A stretch of 64,000 nt of DNA from the human T2T-CHM13v2.0 reference genome, Homo sapiens. Below, in pieces: positions 41,601 through 55,300 of the stretch (position 1 is the stretch's first letter; each line of letters starts with the position of its first letter). Under the pieces are notes generated by a model, which saw only the letters and a list, made by a program, of their open reading frames with translations, made no database searches and had not been told where the DNA came from. The position numbers and the translations under genes were made by a program. The stretch lies in assembly GCF_009914755.1 (NCBI RefSeq), contig NC_060933.1, one strand, 5' to 3'.

Positions 41601-44600
41601 CGTTCCATTCCATTCCATTCCATTCCATTCCATTCCATTCCATTCCGTTCCGTTCCATTCCATTCCATTCCATTCTATTCGGGTTAATTCCATTCCATTC
41701 CATTCGATTGCAATCGAGTTGATTCCATTCCATTCCATTCCATTCCATTCCATTCCATTCCATTCCTTTCCATTCCATTACGGATGATTCCATTCCATTG
41801 CATTCCATTCCATTCCATTCCCCTGTACTCGGGTTGATTCCATTCCATTCCATTCCAATCCATGCCATTCCACTCGTGTTGATTCCATTCTTTCCATTCC
41901 ATTCAAGTTGAATCCATTCCATTGCATTCCATTCTATTCCATTCCATTCCATTCCATTCCATTCCATTCCATTCCATTCCATTCCGTTCCATTCCATTCC
42001 ATTACATTCGGATTGATTCTATTCAATTCCCTTACACTCCATTAGAGTCCATTCCATTCGGGTAGTTTCCATTCCATTCCATTCCATTCCTCTCCATTCC
42101 ATTGAACTCGGGTTGATTCCATTCCATTGCATTCCATTCCATTCCATTCAATTCCATTCCGTTCCATTCCATTCCATTACATTCGGATTGATTCTATTCA
42201 ACTCCCTTACTCTCCATTACATTCCATTCCATTCGGGTTGTTCTATTCCATTCCGTTCCATTCCATTCCACTCCATTCCATTGCACTCGGGTTTATTCCA
42301 TTCCATTCCATTCCATTCCATTCCATTCCATTCCATTCCGGAAGATTCCATTCCATTGCATTCCATTCGATTTCATTCCCCTGCACTCGCGTTGATTCCA
42401 TTCCATTCCATTCCATTCCATTCCATTCCATTCCATTCCATTCCTTTCCGTTCCATTCCATTCCATTCCTTTCCAATCCATTCCATGCCGTTCCGTTCCG
42501 TTCCATTCCATTCCATTCCATTCTATTCGGGTTAATTCCATTCCATTCCATTCGATTGCAATCGAGTTGATTCCATTCCATTGCATTCCATTCCATTCCA
42601 TTCCATTCCTTTCCATTCCATTACGGATGATTCCATTCCATTGCATTCCATTCCATTCCATTCCCCTGTACTCGGGTTGATTCCATTCCATTCCATTCCA
42701 ATCCATGCCATTCCACTCCTGTTGATTCTATTCTTTCCATTCCATTCAAGTTGAATCCATTCCATTGCATTCCATTCCATTCCATTCCCCGGCAGTCGGG
42801 TTGTTTCCATTCCATTCCATTCCATTCCATTCCATTCCATTCCATTCCGTTCCGTTCCGTTCCATTCCATTCCATTCCATTCTATTCTGGTTAATTCCAT
42901 TCCATTCCATTCCATTCCATTCCAATCGAGTTGATTCCATTCCATTCCATTCCATTCCATTCCGGATGATTCCATTCCATTGCATTCCATTCCATTCCAT
43001 TCCATTTTATTCGGGTTAATTCCATTCCATTCCATTCCGTTCCATTCCATTCCATTCCATTACAATCGAGTTGATTCCATTCCATTCCATTCCATTCCAT
43101 TCCATTCCAGTCCTTTCCATTCCATTCCACTCGGGTTGATTCCATTCTATTAGTTTCCATTCCATTCCATTCCCTTCCATTCCACTCTGGTTGATTCCAT
43201 TCCTTTCCATTCCACTCGAATACATTCCCTCCTATTCCACTCGGAACGATTCCATTCCATTCCATTCCATTCCATTCCATTCCATTCCATTCCATTCCAT
43301 TCCATTTCGTTCCATTCCATTCTATTCCGTATCATTCAGTTCCATTCCATTCCATTGCATTCCATTCCATTCCATTCCACTCGTGATGATTTCATTCCTT
43401 TCCATTCCATTCGGTTTGAAGGCATTCCATTCCATTCCATTCCATTCCATTCCATTCCATTCCATCGTACTCGGGTTGATTCCATTCCATTGCATTCCAT
43501 TCCATTCCATTCCATTCCATTCCGTTGCATTCCATTCCATTACATTCGGATTGATTCTATTCAACTCCCTTACTCTCCATTACATTCCATTCCATTCGGG
43601 TTGTTCCATTCCATTCCATTCCATTCCACTCCATTCCATTGCACTCGGATTGATTCCATTCCATTCCATTCCATTCCATTCAATTCCATTCCATTCCGGA
43701 TGATTCCATTCCATTGCATTCCGTTCCATTACATTCCCCTGCACTCGCGTTGATTCCATTCCATTCCATTCCATTCCATTCAATTCCATTCCATTACAAT
43801 TCGTTCCATTCCATTCTATTCCGTACCATTCCATTCCATTCCATACCATTCCATTCCATTCCATTCCATTCCATTCCATTCCATTCCGTTCCATTCCGTT
43901 CCATTCCATTCCATTCCATTCTATTCGGGTTAATTCCTTTCCATTCCATTCCATTCCATTCCATTCCATTCCATTCCATTCTATTCCATTCCATTGCAAT
44001 CGAGTTGAATCCATTGCATTTCATTCAATTCCATTCCATTCCATTCCGGAAGATTCCATTCCATTGCATTCCATTCCATTCCATTCCCCTGCACTCGCGT
44101 TGATTCCATTCCATTCCATTCCATTCCATTCCATTCCGTTCCGTTCCATTCCATTCCATTCCATTCTATTCGGGTTAATTCCATTCCATTCCATTCGATT
44201 GCAATCGAGTTGATTCCATTCCATTCCATTCCATTCCATTCCATTCCGTTCCATTCAATTCCTTTCCATTCCATTACGGATGATTCCATTCCATTGCATT
44301 CCATTCCATTCCATTCCCCTGTACTCGGGTTGATTCCATTCCATTCCCTTCCAATCCATGCCATTCCACTCGTGTTGATTCCATTCTTTCCATTCCATTC
44401 AAGTTGAATCCATTCCATTGCATTCCATTCCATTCGATTCCATTCGATTGCACTCGGGTTGATTCCATTCCATTGCATTCCATTCCATTCCATTCCATTC
44501 CATTGCATTCCATTCCTTTCCATTCCATTTCATTACATTCAGATTGATTCTATTCAATTCCCTTACACTCCATTATATTCCAATCCATTCTGGTTGTTTC

Positions 44601-47600
44601 CATTCCATTCCATTCCATTTCACTCCATTCCATTGCACTCGGGTTGATTCCATTCCATTGCATTCCATTCCATTCCATTCCGGATGATTCCATTCCATTG
44701 CATTCCTTTCCATTCCATTCCCCTGCACTCGGGTTGATTCCATTCCATTCCATTCCATTACATTCCGTTCCATTCCATTCCATTCCATTCGGATTGATTC
44801 TATTCAATTCCCTTACACTCCAATGCATTCCATTCCATTCGGGTAGTTTCCATTCCATTCCATTCCATTCCTCTCCATTCCATTGCACTCGGGTTGATTC
44901 CATTCCATTCCATTCCATTCCATTCCATTACATTACATTACATTTCGTTCCATTGTACTCGGGTTGATTCCATTCCATTGCATTCCATTCCATTCCATTC
45001 CATTAAATCCCATTCCATTCCATTCCATTCCGTTCCATTCCATTACATTCGGATTGATTCTATTCAACTCCCTAACTCTCCATTACATTCCATTCCATTC
45101 GGGTTGTACCATTCCATTCCATTCCATTCCACTCCATTCCATTGCACTCGGGTTGATTCCATTCCATTCCATTCCATTCAATTCCATTGCATTCCGTTCC
45201 ATTACATTCCCCTGCACTCGGGTTGATTCCATTCCATTCTATTCGATTCCATTCCATTCCAATTCTTTCCATTCCATTCTATTCCGTACCATTCCATTCC
45301 ATTCCATTCAATTCCATTCCATTCCACTCCGTTCCGTTCCGTTCCGTTCCGTTACGTTCCATTCCATTCCATTCCATTCTATTCGGTTTAATTCCATTCC
45401 ATTCCATTCCATTCCATTCTATTCCATTCCATTGCAATCGAGTTGAATCCATTGCATTCCATTCCATTCCATTCCATTCCATTCCGGAAGATTCCATTCC
45501 ATTGCATTCCATTCCATTCCATTCCATTCCATTCCATTCCATTCCATTCCATTGTACTCGGGTTGATTCCATTCCATTGCATTCCATTCCATTCCATTCC
45601 ATTCCATTCCATTCCATTCCATTCCATTCCGTTGCATTCCATTCCATTACATTCGGATTGATTCTATTCAACTCCCTTACTCTCCATTACATTCCATTCC
45701 ATTTGTGTTGTTCCATTCCATTCCATTCCATTCCACTCCATTCCATTGCACTCGGGTTGATTCCATTCCATTCCATTCCATTCCATTTCATTTCGGATGA
45801 TTCCATTCCTTTGCATTCCGTTCCATTACATTCCCCTGCACTCGCGTTGATTCCATTCCATTCCATTCCATTCCATTCAATTCCATTCCATTACAATTCG
45901 TTCCATTCCATTCTATTCCGTACCATTCCATTCCATTCCATACCATTTCATTCCATTCCATTCCATTCCATTCCGTTCCAATCCGTTCCATTCCATTCCA
46001 TTCCATTCTATTCGGGTTAATTCCATTCCATTCCATTCCATTCCATTCTATTCTATTCCATTCCATTGCAATCGAGTTGAATCAATTGCATTTCATTCCA
46101 TTCCATTCCATTCCATTCCATTCCGGAAGATTCCATTCCATTGCATTCCATTCCATTCCATTCCCCTGCACTCGCGTTGATTCCATTCCATTCCATTCCA
46201 TTCCATTCCATCCATTCCGTTCCGTTCCGTTCCATTCCATTCCATTCCATTCCATTCCATTCCGTTCCGTTCCATTCCATTCCATTCCATTCTATTTGGG
46301 TTAATTCCATTCCATTGCATTCGATTGCAATCGAGTTGATTCCATTCCATTCCATTCCATTCCATTCCATTCCATTCCTTTCCATTCCATTACGGATGAT
46401 TCCATTCCATTGCATTCCATTCCATTCCATTCCCCTGTACTCAGGTTGATTCCATTCCATTCCATTCCAATCCATGCCATTCCACTCGTGTTGATTCCAT
46501 TCTTTCTATTCCATTCAAGTTGAATCCATTCCATTGCATTCCATTCCATTCCATTACCCTGCAGTCGGGTTGATTCCGTTCCATTCCATTCCATTCCATT
46601 CCATTCCATTCCATTCCGTTCCGTTCCATTCCATTCCATTCCATTCTATTCGGGTTAATTCCATTCCATTCCATTCCATTCCATTCCAATCGAGTTGATT
46701 CCATTCCATTCCATTCCATTCCATTCCACTCCATTCGAGTCCTTTCCATTCCATTCCACTCGGGTTGATTCCAATGTATTCCTTTCCATTCCATTCCATT
46801 CCATTGCAATCGAGTTGATTCCATTGCTTTGCATTCCATTCCATTCCATTCCATTCCGGATGATTCCATTCCATTGCATTCCATTCCATTCCATTCCCCT
46901 GCACTCGGGTTGATTCCATTCCATTGCATTCCATTCCATTCCATTCCGTTCCATTCCATTCCATTACATTCGGATTGATTCTATTCAATTCCCTTACATT
47001 GCATTACATTCCATTCCATTCGGGTAGTTTCCATTCCATTCCATTCCATTCCTCTCCATTCCATTTCACTCGGGTTGATTCCATTCCATTGCATTCCATT
47101 CCATTCCATTCAATTCCATTCCGTTCCATTCCATTCCATTACATTCGGATTGACTCTATTCAACTCCCTTACTCTCCATTACATTCCATTGCATTCGGGT
47201 TGTTCCATTCCATTCCATTCCATTCCACTCCATTCCATTGCACTCGGGTTTATTCCATTCCATTCCATTCCATTCCATTCCATTCCATTCCATTCCGGAA
47301 GATTCCATTCCATTGCATTCCATTCCATTCCATTCCCCTGCACTCGCATTGATTCCATTCCATTCCATTCCATTCCATTCCATTCCATTCCATTCCATTC
47401 CATTCCATTCCTTTCCGTTCCATTCCGTTCCATTCCATTCCATTCCGTTCCGTTCCGTTCCGTTCCGTTCCGTTCCATTCCATTCCATTGCATTCTATTC
47501 GGGTTAACTCCATTCCATTCCATTCGATTGCAATCGAGTTGATTCCATTCCATTCCATTCCATTCCATTCCATTCCATTCCTTTCCATTCCATTACGGAA

Positions 47601-47764
47601 GATTCCATTCCATTGCATTCCAGTCCATTCCATTCCCCTGCACTCGCGTTGATTCCATTCCATTCCATTCCATTCCATTCCATTCCATTCCATTCCGTTC
47701 CGTTCCGTTCCGTTCCATTCCATTCCATTCCATTCTATTCGGGTTAATTCCATTCCATTCCATT
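20619..47764 (+). repeat. Higher-order repeat copy 2 (27146 bp = 20.6 kb unit plus ~6.57 kb internal duplication)
   Basis: ORF offsets to copy 1 are ~20603-20618 up to ~30.6 kb, then ~27131-27176 (e.g. 10109..10387 vs 37255..37533; 18041..18874 vs 45187..46020). Confidence 0.92.
24095..37225 (+). repeat. Tandem duplication of ~6.57 kb (approx. 24095-30670 and 30670-37225) within copy 2
   Basis: Identical ORFs at offset 6573 (24188..25030 vs 30761..31603; 26280..27281 vs 32853..33854), drifting to 6558 by the end (30400 vs 36958). At ~30670 the sequence leaves the copy-1 path (unit ~10080) and resumes at the equivalent of ~24100. Confidence 0.92.
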
Positions 47765-50700
47765 CGATTGCAATCGTGTTGATTCCATTCCATTCCATTC
47801 CATTCCATTCCATTCCATTCCATTCCATTCCATTCCTTTCCATTCCATTACGGATGATTCCATTCCATTGCATTTCATTCCATTCCATTCCCCTGTACTC
47901 GGGTTGATTCCATTCCATTGCATTCCAATCCATGCCATTCCACTCGTGTTGATTCCATTCTTTCCATTCCATTCAAGTTGAATCCATTCCATTGCATTCC
48001 ATTCCGTTCGATTCCATTCGATTGCACTCGGGTTGATTCCATTCCATTGCATTCCATTCCATTCCATTCCATTCCATTCCATTCCGTTCCATTCCATTCC
48101 ATTACATTCGGATTGATTCTATTCAATTCCCTTACACTCCATTACATTCCATTCCATTCGGGTAGTTTCCATTCCATTCCATTCCATTCCTCTCCATTCC
48201 ATTGCACTCGGGTTGATTCCATTCCATTGCATCCCATTCCATTCCATTCAATTCCATTCCGTTCCATTCCATTCCATTACATTCGTATTGATTCTATTCA
48301 ACTCCCTTAGTCTCCATTACATTCCATTCCATTCGGGTTGTTCCATTCCATTCCATTCCATTCCATTCAATTCCATTCCATTCCATTGCATTGCATTCCA
48401 TTCCATTCCCCTGCACTAGCGTTGATTCCAATCCATTCCATTCCATTCCATTCCATTCCATTCCATTCCATTCCATTCCTTTCCATTCCATTCCATTCCA
48501 TTCTATTCCATTCCATTCCGTTCCGTTCCGTTCCGTTCCATTCCATTCCATTCCATTCTATTCGGGTTAATTTCATTCCATTCCATTCGATTGCAGTCGA
48601 GTTGATTCCATTCCATTCCATTCCATTCCATTCCATTCCATTCCATTCCATTCCTTTCCATTCCATTACGGAAGATTCCATTCCATTGCATTCCATTCCA
48701 TTCCATTCCCCTGTACTCGGGTTGATTCCATTCCATTCCATTCCAATCCATGCCATTCCACTCGTGTTGATTCCATTCTTTCCATTCCATTCAAGTTGAA
48801 TCCATTCCATTGCATTCCATTCCATTCCATTCCCCTGCAGTCGGGTTGATTCCATTCCATTCCATTCCATTCCATTCCATTCCATTCCATTCCAATCAAG
48901 TTGATTCCATTCCATTCCATTCCATTCCATTCCATTCCATTCCATTCCACTCCATTCCAGTCCTTTCCATTCCATTCCACTCGGGTTGATTCCAATGTAT
49001 TCCTTTCCATTCCATTCCATTCCATTGCAATCGAGTTGATTCCATTGCTTTGCATTCCATTCCATTCCATTCCATTCCGGATGATTCCATTCCATTGCAT
49101 TCCATTCCATTCCATTCCCCTGCACTCGGGTTGATTCCATTCCATTCCACTCCATTCCATTCCATTCCATTCCATTATATTGTATTCGGGTTAATTCCAT
49201 TCCATTCCGTTCCATTCCATTCCATTCCATTACAATCGAGTTGATTCCATTCCATTCCATTCCATTCCAGTCCTTTCCATTCCAATCCACTCGGGTTGAT
49301 TCCATTCTATTAGTTTCCATTCCATTCCATTCCCTTCCATTCCACTCTGGTTGATTCCATTCCTTTCCATTCCACTCGAATACATTCCCTCCTATTCCAC
49401 TCGGAACGATTCCATTCCATTCCATTCCATTCCATTCCATTCCATTCCATTCCATTCCATTCCATTTCGTTCCATTCCATTCTATTCCGTATCATTCCAT
49501 TCCATTCCATTCCATTCCATTCCATTCCATTCCATTCCATTGTACTCCGGTTGATTCCATTCCATTGCATTCCATTCCATTCCATTCCATTCCATTCCGT
49601 TGCATTCCATTCCATTATATTCGGATTGATTCTATTCAACTCCCTTACTCTCCATTACATTCCATTCCATTCGGGTTGTTCCATTCCTTTCCATTCCATT
49701 CCACTCCATTCCATTGCACTCGGGTTGATTCCATTCCATTCCATTCCATTCCATTCCATTCCATTCCGGAAGATTCCATTCCATAGAATTCCATTCCATT
49801 CCATTCCCCTGCACTCGCGTTGATTCCATTCCATTCCATTCCATTCCATTCCATTCCATTCCTTTCCGTTCCATTCCATTCCATTCCATTCCATTCCATT
49901 CCATTCCATTCCATTCCGTTGTGTTCCATTCCATTCCATTCCATTCCATTCCATTGCATTCCATTCGGGTTAATTCCATTCCAATCCATTCGATTGCAAT
50001 CGAGTTGATTCCATTCCATTCCATTCCATTCCATTCCATTCCATTCCATTCCTTTCCATTCCATTACGGATGATTCCATTCCATTGCATTCCATTCCATT
50101 CCATTCCCCTGTACTCGGGTTCATTCCATTCCATTCCATTCCAATCCATGCCATTCCACTCGTGTTGATTCCATTCTTTCCATTCCATTCAAGTTGAATC
50201 CATTCCATTGCATTCCATTCCATTCCATTCCCCTGCAGTCGCGTTGATTCCATTCCATTCCATTCCATTCCATTCCATTCCATTCCATTCCGTTCCGTTC
50301 CATTCCGTTCCATTCCATTCCTTTCCATTCTATTCGGGTTAATTCCGTTCCATTCCATTCCATTCCATTCCATTCCATTCCAATCGAGTTGATTCCATTC
50401 CATTCCATTCCATTCCATTCCACTCCATTCCAGTCCTTTCCATTCCATTGCACTCGGGTGGATTCCAATGTATTCCTTTCCATTCCATTCCATTCCATTG
50501 CAATCGAGTTGATTCCATTGCTTTGCATTCCATTCCATTCCATTCCATTCCGGATGATTCCATTCCATTGCATTCCATTCCATTCCATTCCGCTGCACTC
50601 GGGTTGATTCCATTCCATTCCACTCCTTTCCGTTCCATTCCATTCCATTCCATTTTATTCGGGTTAATTCCATTCCATTCCATTCCATTCCATTCCATTC

Positions 50701-52330
50701 TATTCCATTCCATTCCATTACAATCGAGTTGATTCCATTCCATTCCATTCCATTCCATTCCAGTCCTTTCCATTCCATTCCACTCGAGTTGATTCCATTC
50801 TATTAGTTACCATTCCATTCCATTCCCTTCCATTCCAATCTGGTTGATTCCATTCCTTTCCATTCCACTCGAATACATTCCCTCCTATTCCACTCGGAAC
50901 GATTCCATTCCATTCCATTCCATTCCATTCCATTCCATTCCAGTTCGTTCCATTCCGTTCTATTCCGTACCATTCCATTGCATTCCATTCCTTTCCATTC
51001 CATTCCTTTCCACTCGTGTTGATTCCATTCCTTTCCATTCCATTCGGTTTGAAGGCCTTCCATTCCATTCAATTCCATTCCATTCCATTCCTTTCCATCC
51101 CATTCTATTCCATTCCATTGCAATCGAGTTGAATCCATTGCCTTTCATTCCATTCCATTCCATTCCATTCCATTCCGGAAGATTCCATTCCATTGCATTC
51201 CATTCCATTCCGTTCCCCTGCACTCGCGTTGATTCCATTCCATTCCATTCCATTCCATTCCGTTCCGTTCCATTCCATTCCATTCCATTCCATTCCATTC
51301 CGTTCCGTTCCATTCCATTCCATTCCATTCTATTCGAGTTAATTCCATTCCATTCCATTCGATTGCCATCGAGTTGATTCCATTCCATTCCATTCCATTC
51401 CATTCCATTCCATTCCTTTCCATTCCATTACGGATGACTCTATTCCATTGCATTCCATTCCATTCCATTCCCCTGTATTCGGGTTGATTCCATTCCATTC
51501 CATTCCACTCCATTCGGTTCCGTTGCATTCCATTCTATTGCATTCCATTCTATTCGGGTTAATTCCATTCCATTCTATTCCATTCCATTCCATTGCAATC
51601 GAGTTGATTCCATTGCTTTGCATTCCATTCCATTCCATTCCATTCCATTCCATTCCGGATGATTCCATTCCATTGCATTCCATTCAATTCCATTCCCCTG
51701 CACTCGTGTTGATTCCATTCCCTTCCATTCCATTCCATTCCGTTCCATTCCATTCCATTGCATTCTATTCCGGTTAATTCCATTCCATTCCATTCCATTC
51801 CATTCCATTCCATTGCAATCGAGTTGATTCCATTCCATTCCTTTCCATTCCATTCCATTGCCTTGCATTCCACTCGGGTTGATTCCATTCCCTTCTTTCC
51901 ACTCCATTACATTCCCTTCCATTCCACTCGGAATGATTGATTCCATTCCATTCCATTCCATTTCATTCCATTGCAATCCATTCCAATCCATTCCATTCCA
52001 TTCCATTCCACTCGAGTTGACTTCATTCCATTCCTTTCCATTCCATTCCATTCCTTTCCGCTCGAGTTGATTCCATTCCATTCCATTCCATTGCATTCCA
52101 TTCCATGCCATTCCACTCGGGTTGATTTCATTCCTTTGCATTCCATTCCATTCCATTCTATTCCATTCCATTCCGTTGCATTCCATTCCATTACATTCGG
52201 ATTGATTCTATTCAACTCCCTTACTGTCCATTACATTCCATTCCATTCGGGTTGTTCCATTCCGTTCCATTCCATTCCATTCCATTCCGTTCCGTTCCAT
52301 TCCATTCCATTCCATTCCATTCCATTCCAT
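47765..52330 (+). repeat. Start of higher-order repeat copy 3 (unit positions ~1-4560), near-identical to copies 1 and 2
   Basis: ORF offsets ~47759-47774 to copy 1 (1551 vs 49310; 3075 vs 50844; 4143 vs 51907) with matching translations. Confidence 0.9.
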
Positions 52331-55300
52331 TCCTTTCCATTCCATTACGGATGATTCCATTCCATTGCATTCCATTCCATTCCATTCCCCTGTACTCGGG
52401 TTGATTCCATTCCATTGCATTCCAATCCATGCCCTTCCACTCGTGTTCATTCCATTCTTTCCATTCCATTCAAGTTGAATCCATTCCATTGTATTCCATT
52501 CCATTCGATTCCATTCGATTGCACTCGGGTTGATTCCATTCCATTGCATTCCATTCCATTCCATTCCATTCCATTCCATTCCATTCCGTTCCATTCCATT
52601 CCATTACATTCGGATTGATTCTATTCAATTCCCTTACATTCCATTACATTCCATTCCATTCGGGTAGTTTCCATTCCATTCCATTCCATTCCTCTCCATT
52701 CCATTTCACTCGGGTTGATTCCATTCCATTGCATTCCATTCCATTCCATTCGATTCCATTCCGTTCCATTCCATTCCATTACATTCGGATTGACTCTATT
52801 CAACTCCCTTACTCTCCATTACATTCCATTGCATTCGGGTTGTTCCATTCCATTCCATTCCATTCCACTCCATTCCATTGCACTCGGGTTTATTCCATTC
52901 CATTCCATTCCATTCCATTCCATTCCATTCCATTCCGTTCCATTCCGGAAGATTCCATTCCATTGCATTCCATTCCATTCCATTCCATTCCATTCCATTC
53001 CATTCCATTCCATTCCATTCCATTCCTTTCCGTTCCATTCCATTCCATTCCATTCCATTCCGTTCCGTTCCGTTCCGTTCCGTTCCGTTCCATTCCATTC
53101 CATTGCATTCTATTCGGGTTAACTCCATTCCATTCCATTCGATTGCAATCGAGTTGATTCCATTCCATTCCATTCCATTCCATTCCATTCCATTCCATTC
53201 CTTTCCATTCCATTACGGATGATTCCATTCCATTGCATTCCATTCCATTCCATTCCCCTGTACTCGGGTTGATTCCATTCCATTCCATTCCAATCCATGC
53301 CATTCCACTCGTGTTGATTCCATTCTTTCCATTCCATTCAAGTTGAATCCATTCCATTGCATTCCATTCCATTCCATTCCCCTGCAGTCGGGTTGATCCC
53401 ATTCCATTCCATTCCATTCCACTCCATTCCATTCCATTCCATTCCATTATATTTTATTCGGGTTAATTCCATTCCATTCCATTCCATTCCATTCCGTTCC
53501 ATTACAATCGAGTTGATTCCACTCCATTCCATTCCATTCCAGTCCTTTCCATTCCAATCCACTCGGGTTGATTCCATTCTATTAGTTTCCATTCCATTCC
53601 ATTCCCTTCCATTCCACTCTGGTTGATTCCATTCCTTTCCATTCCACTCGAATAGATTCCCTCCTATTCCACTCGGAACGATTCCATTCCATTCCATTCC
53701 ATTCCATTCCATTCCATTCCATTCCATTCCATTCCATTTCGTACCATTCCATTCTATTCCGTATCATTCCATTCCATTCCATTCCATTCCATTCCATTCC
53801 ATTCCATTCCATTCCATTCCATTGTACTCGGGTTGATTCCATTCTATTGCATTCCATTCCATTCCATTCCATTCCATTCCATTCCATTCCGTTGCATTCC
53901 ATTCCATTACATTCGGATTGATTCTATTCAACTCCCTTACTCTCCATTACATTCCATTCCATTCGGGTTGTTCCATTCCATTCCATTCCATTCCACTCCA
54001 TTCCATTGCACTCGGGTTGATTCCATTCCATTCCATTCCATTCCATTCCATTCCGGATGATTCCATTCCATTGCATTCCGTTCCATTACATTCCCCTGCA
54101 CTCGCGTTGATTCCATTCCATTCCATTCCATTCCATTCAATTCCATTCCATTACAATTCGTTCCATTCCATTCTATTCCGTACCATTCCATTCCATTCCA
54201 TACCATTCCATTCCATTCCATTCCATTCCATTCCATTCTATTCGGATTAACTCCATTCCATTCCATTCCATTCCATTCTATTCCATTCCATTGCAATCGA
54301 GTTGAATCCATTGCATTTCATTCCATTCCATTCCATTCCATTCCGGAAGTTTCCATTCCATTGCATTCCATTCCATTCCATTCCATTCCGTTCCGTTCCA
54401 TTCCATTCCTTTCCATTCCGTTCCGTTCCATTCTATTCCATTGCATTCTATTGTGGTTAATTCCATTCCATTCCATTCGATTGCAATCGAGTTGATTCCA
54501 TTCCATTCCATTCCATTCCATTCCATTCCTTTCCATTCCATTACGGATGATTCCATTCCATTGCATTCCATTCCATTCCATTCCCCTGTACTCGGGTTGA
54601 TTCCATTCCATTCCATTCGAATCCATGCCATTCCACTCGTGTTGATTCCATTCTTTCCATTCCATTCAAGTTGAATCCATTCCATTGCATTCCATTCATT
54701 CGATTCCATTCGATTGCACTCGGGTTGATTCCATTCCATTGCATTCCATTCCATTCCATTCCATTCCATTCCATTCCGTTCCATTCCATTCCATTACATT
54801 CGGATTGATTCTATTCAATTCCCTTACACTCCATTACATTCCATTCCATTCGGGTAGTTTCCATTCCATTCCATTCCATTCCTCTCCATTCCATTGCACT
54901 CGGGTTGATTCCATTCCATTGCATTCCATTCCATTCCATTCCATTCCATTGTACTCGGGTTTATTCCATTCCATTGCATTCCATTCCATTCCATTCCATT
55001 CCATTCCGTTGCATTCCATTCCATTACATTCGGATTGATTCTATTCAACTCCCTTACTCTCCATTACATTCCATTCCATTCGGGTTGTTCCATTCCATTC
55101 CATTCCATTCCACTCCATTCCATTGCACTCGGGTTGATTCCATTCCATTCCATTCCATTCCATTCCATTCCATTCCGGATGATTCCATTCCATTGCATTC
55201 CGTTCCATTACATTCCCCTGCACTCGCGTTGATTCCATTCCATTCCATTCCATTCCATTCAATTCCATTCCATTACAATTCGTTCCATTCCATTGTATTC

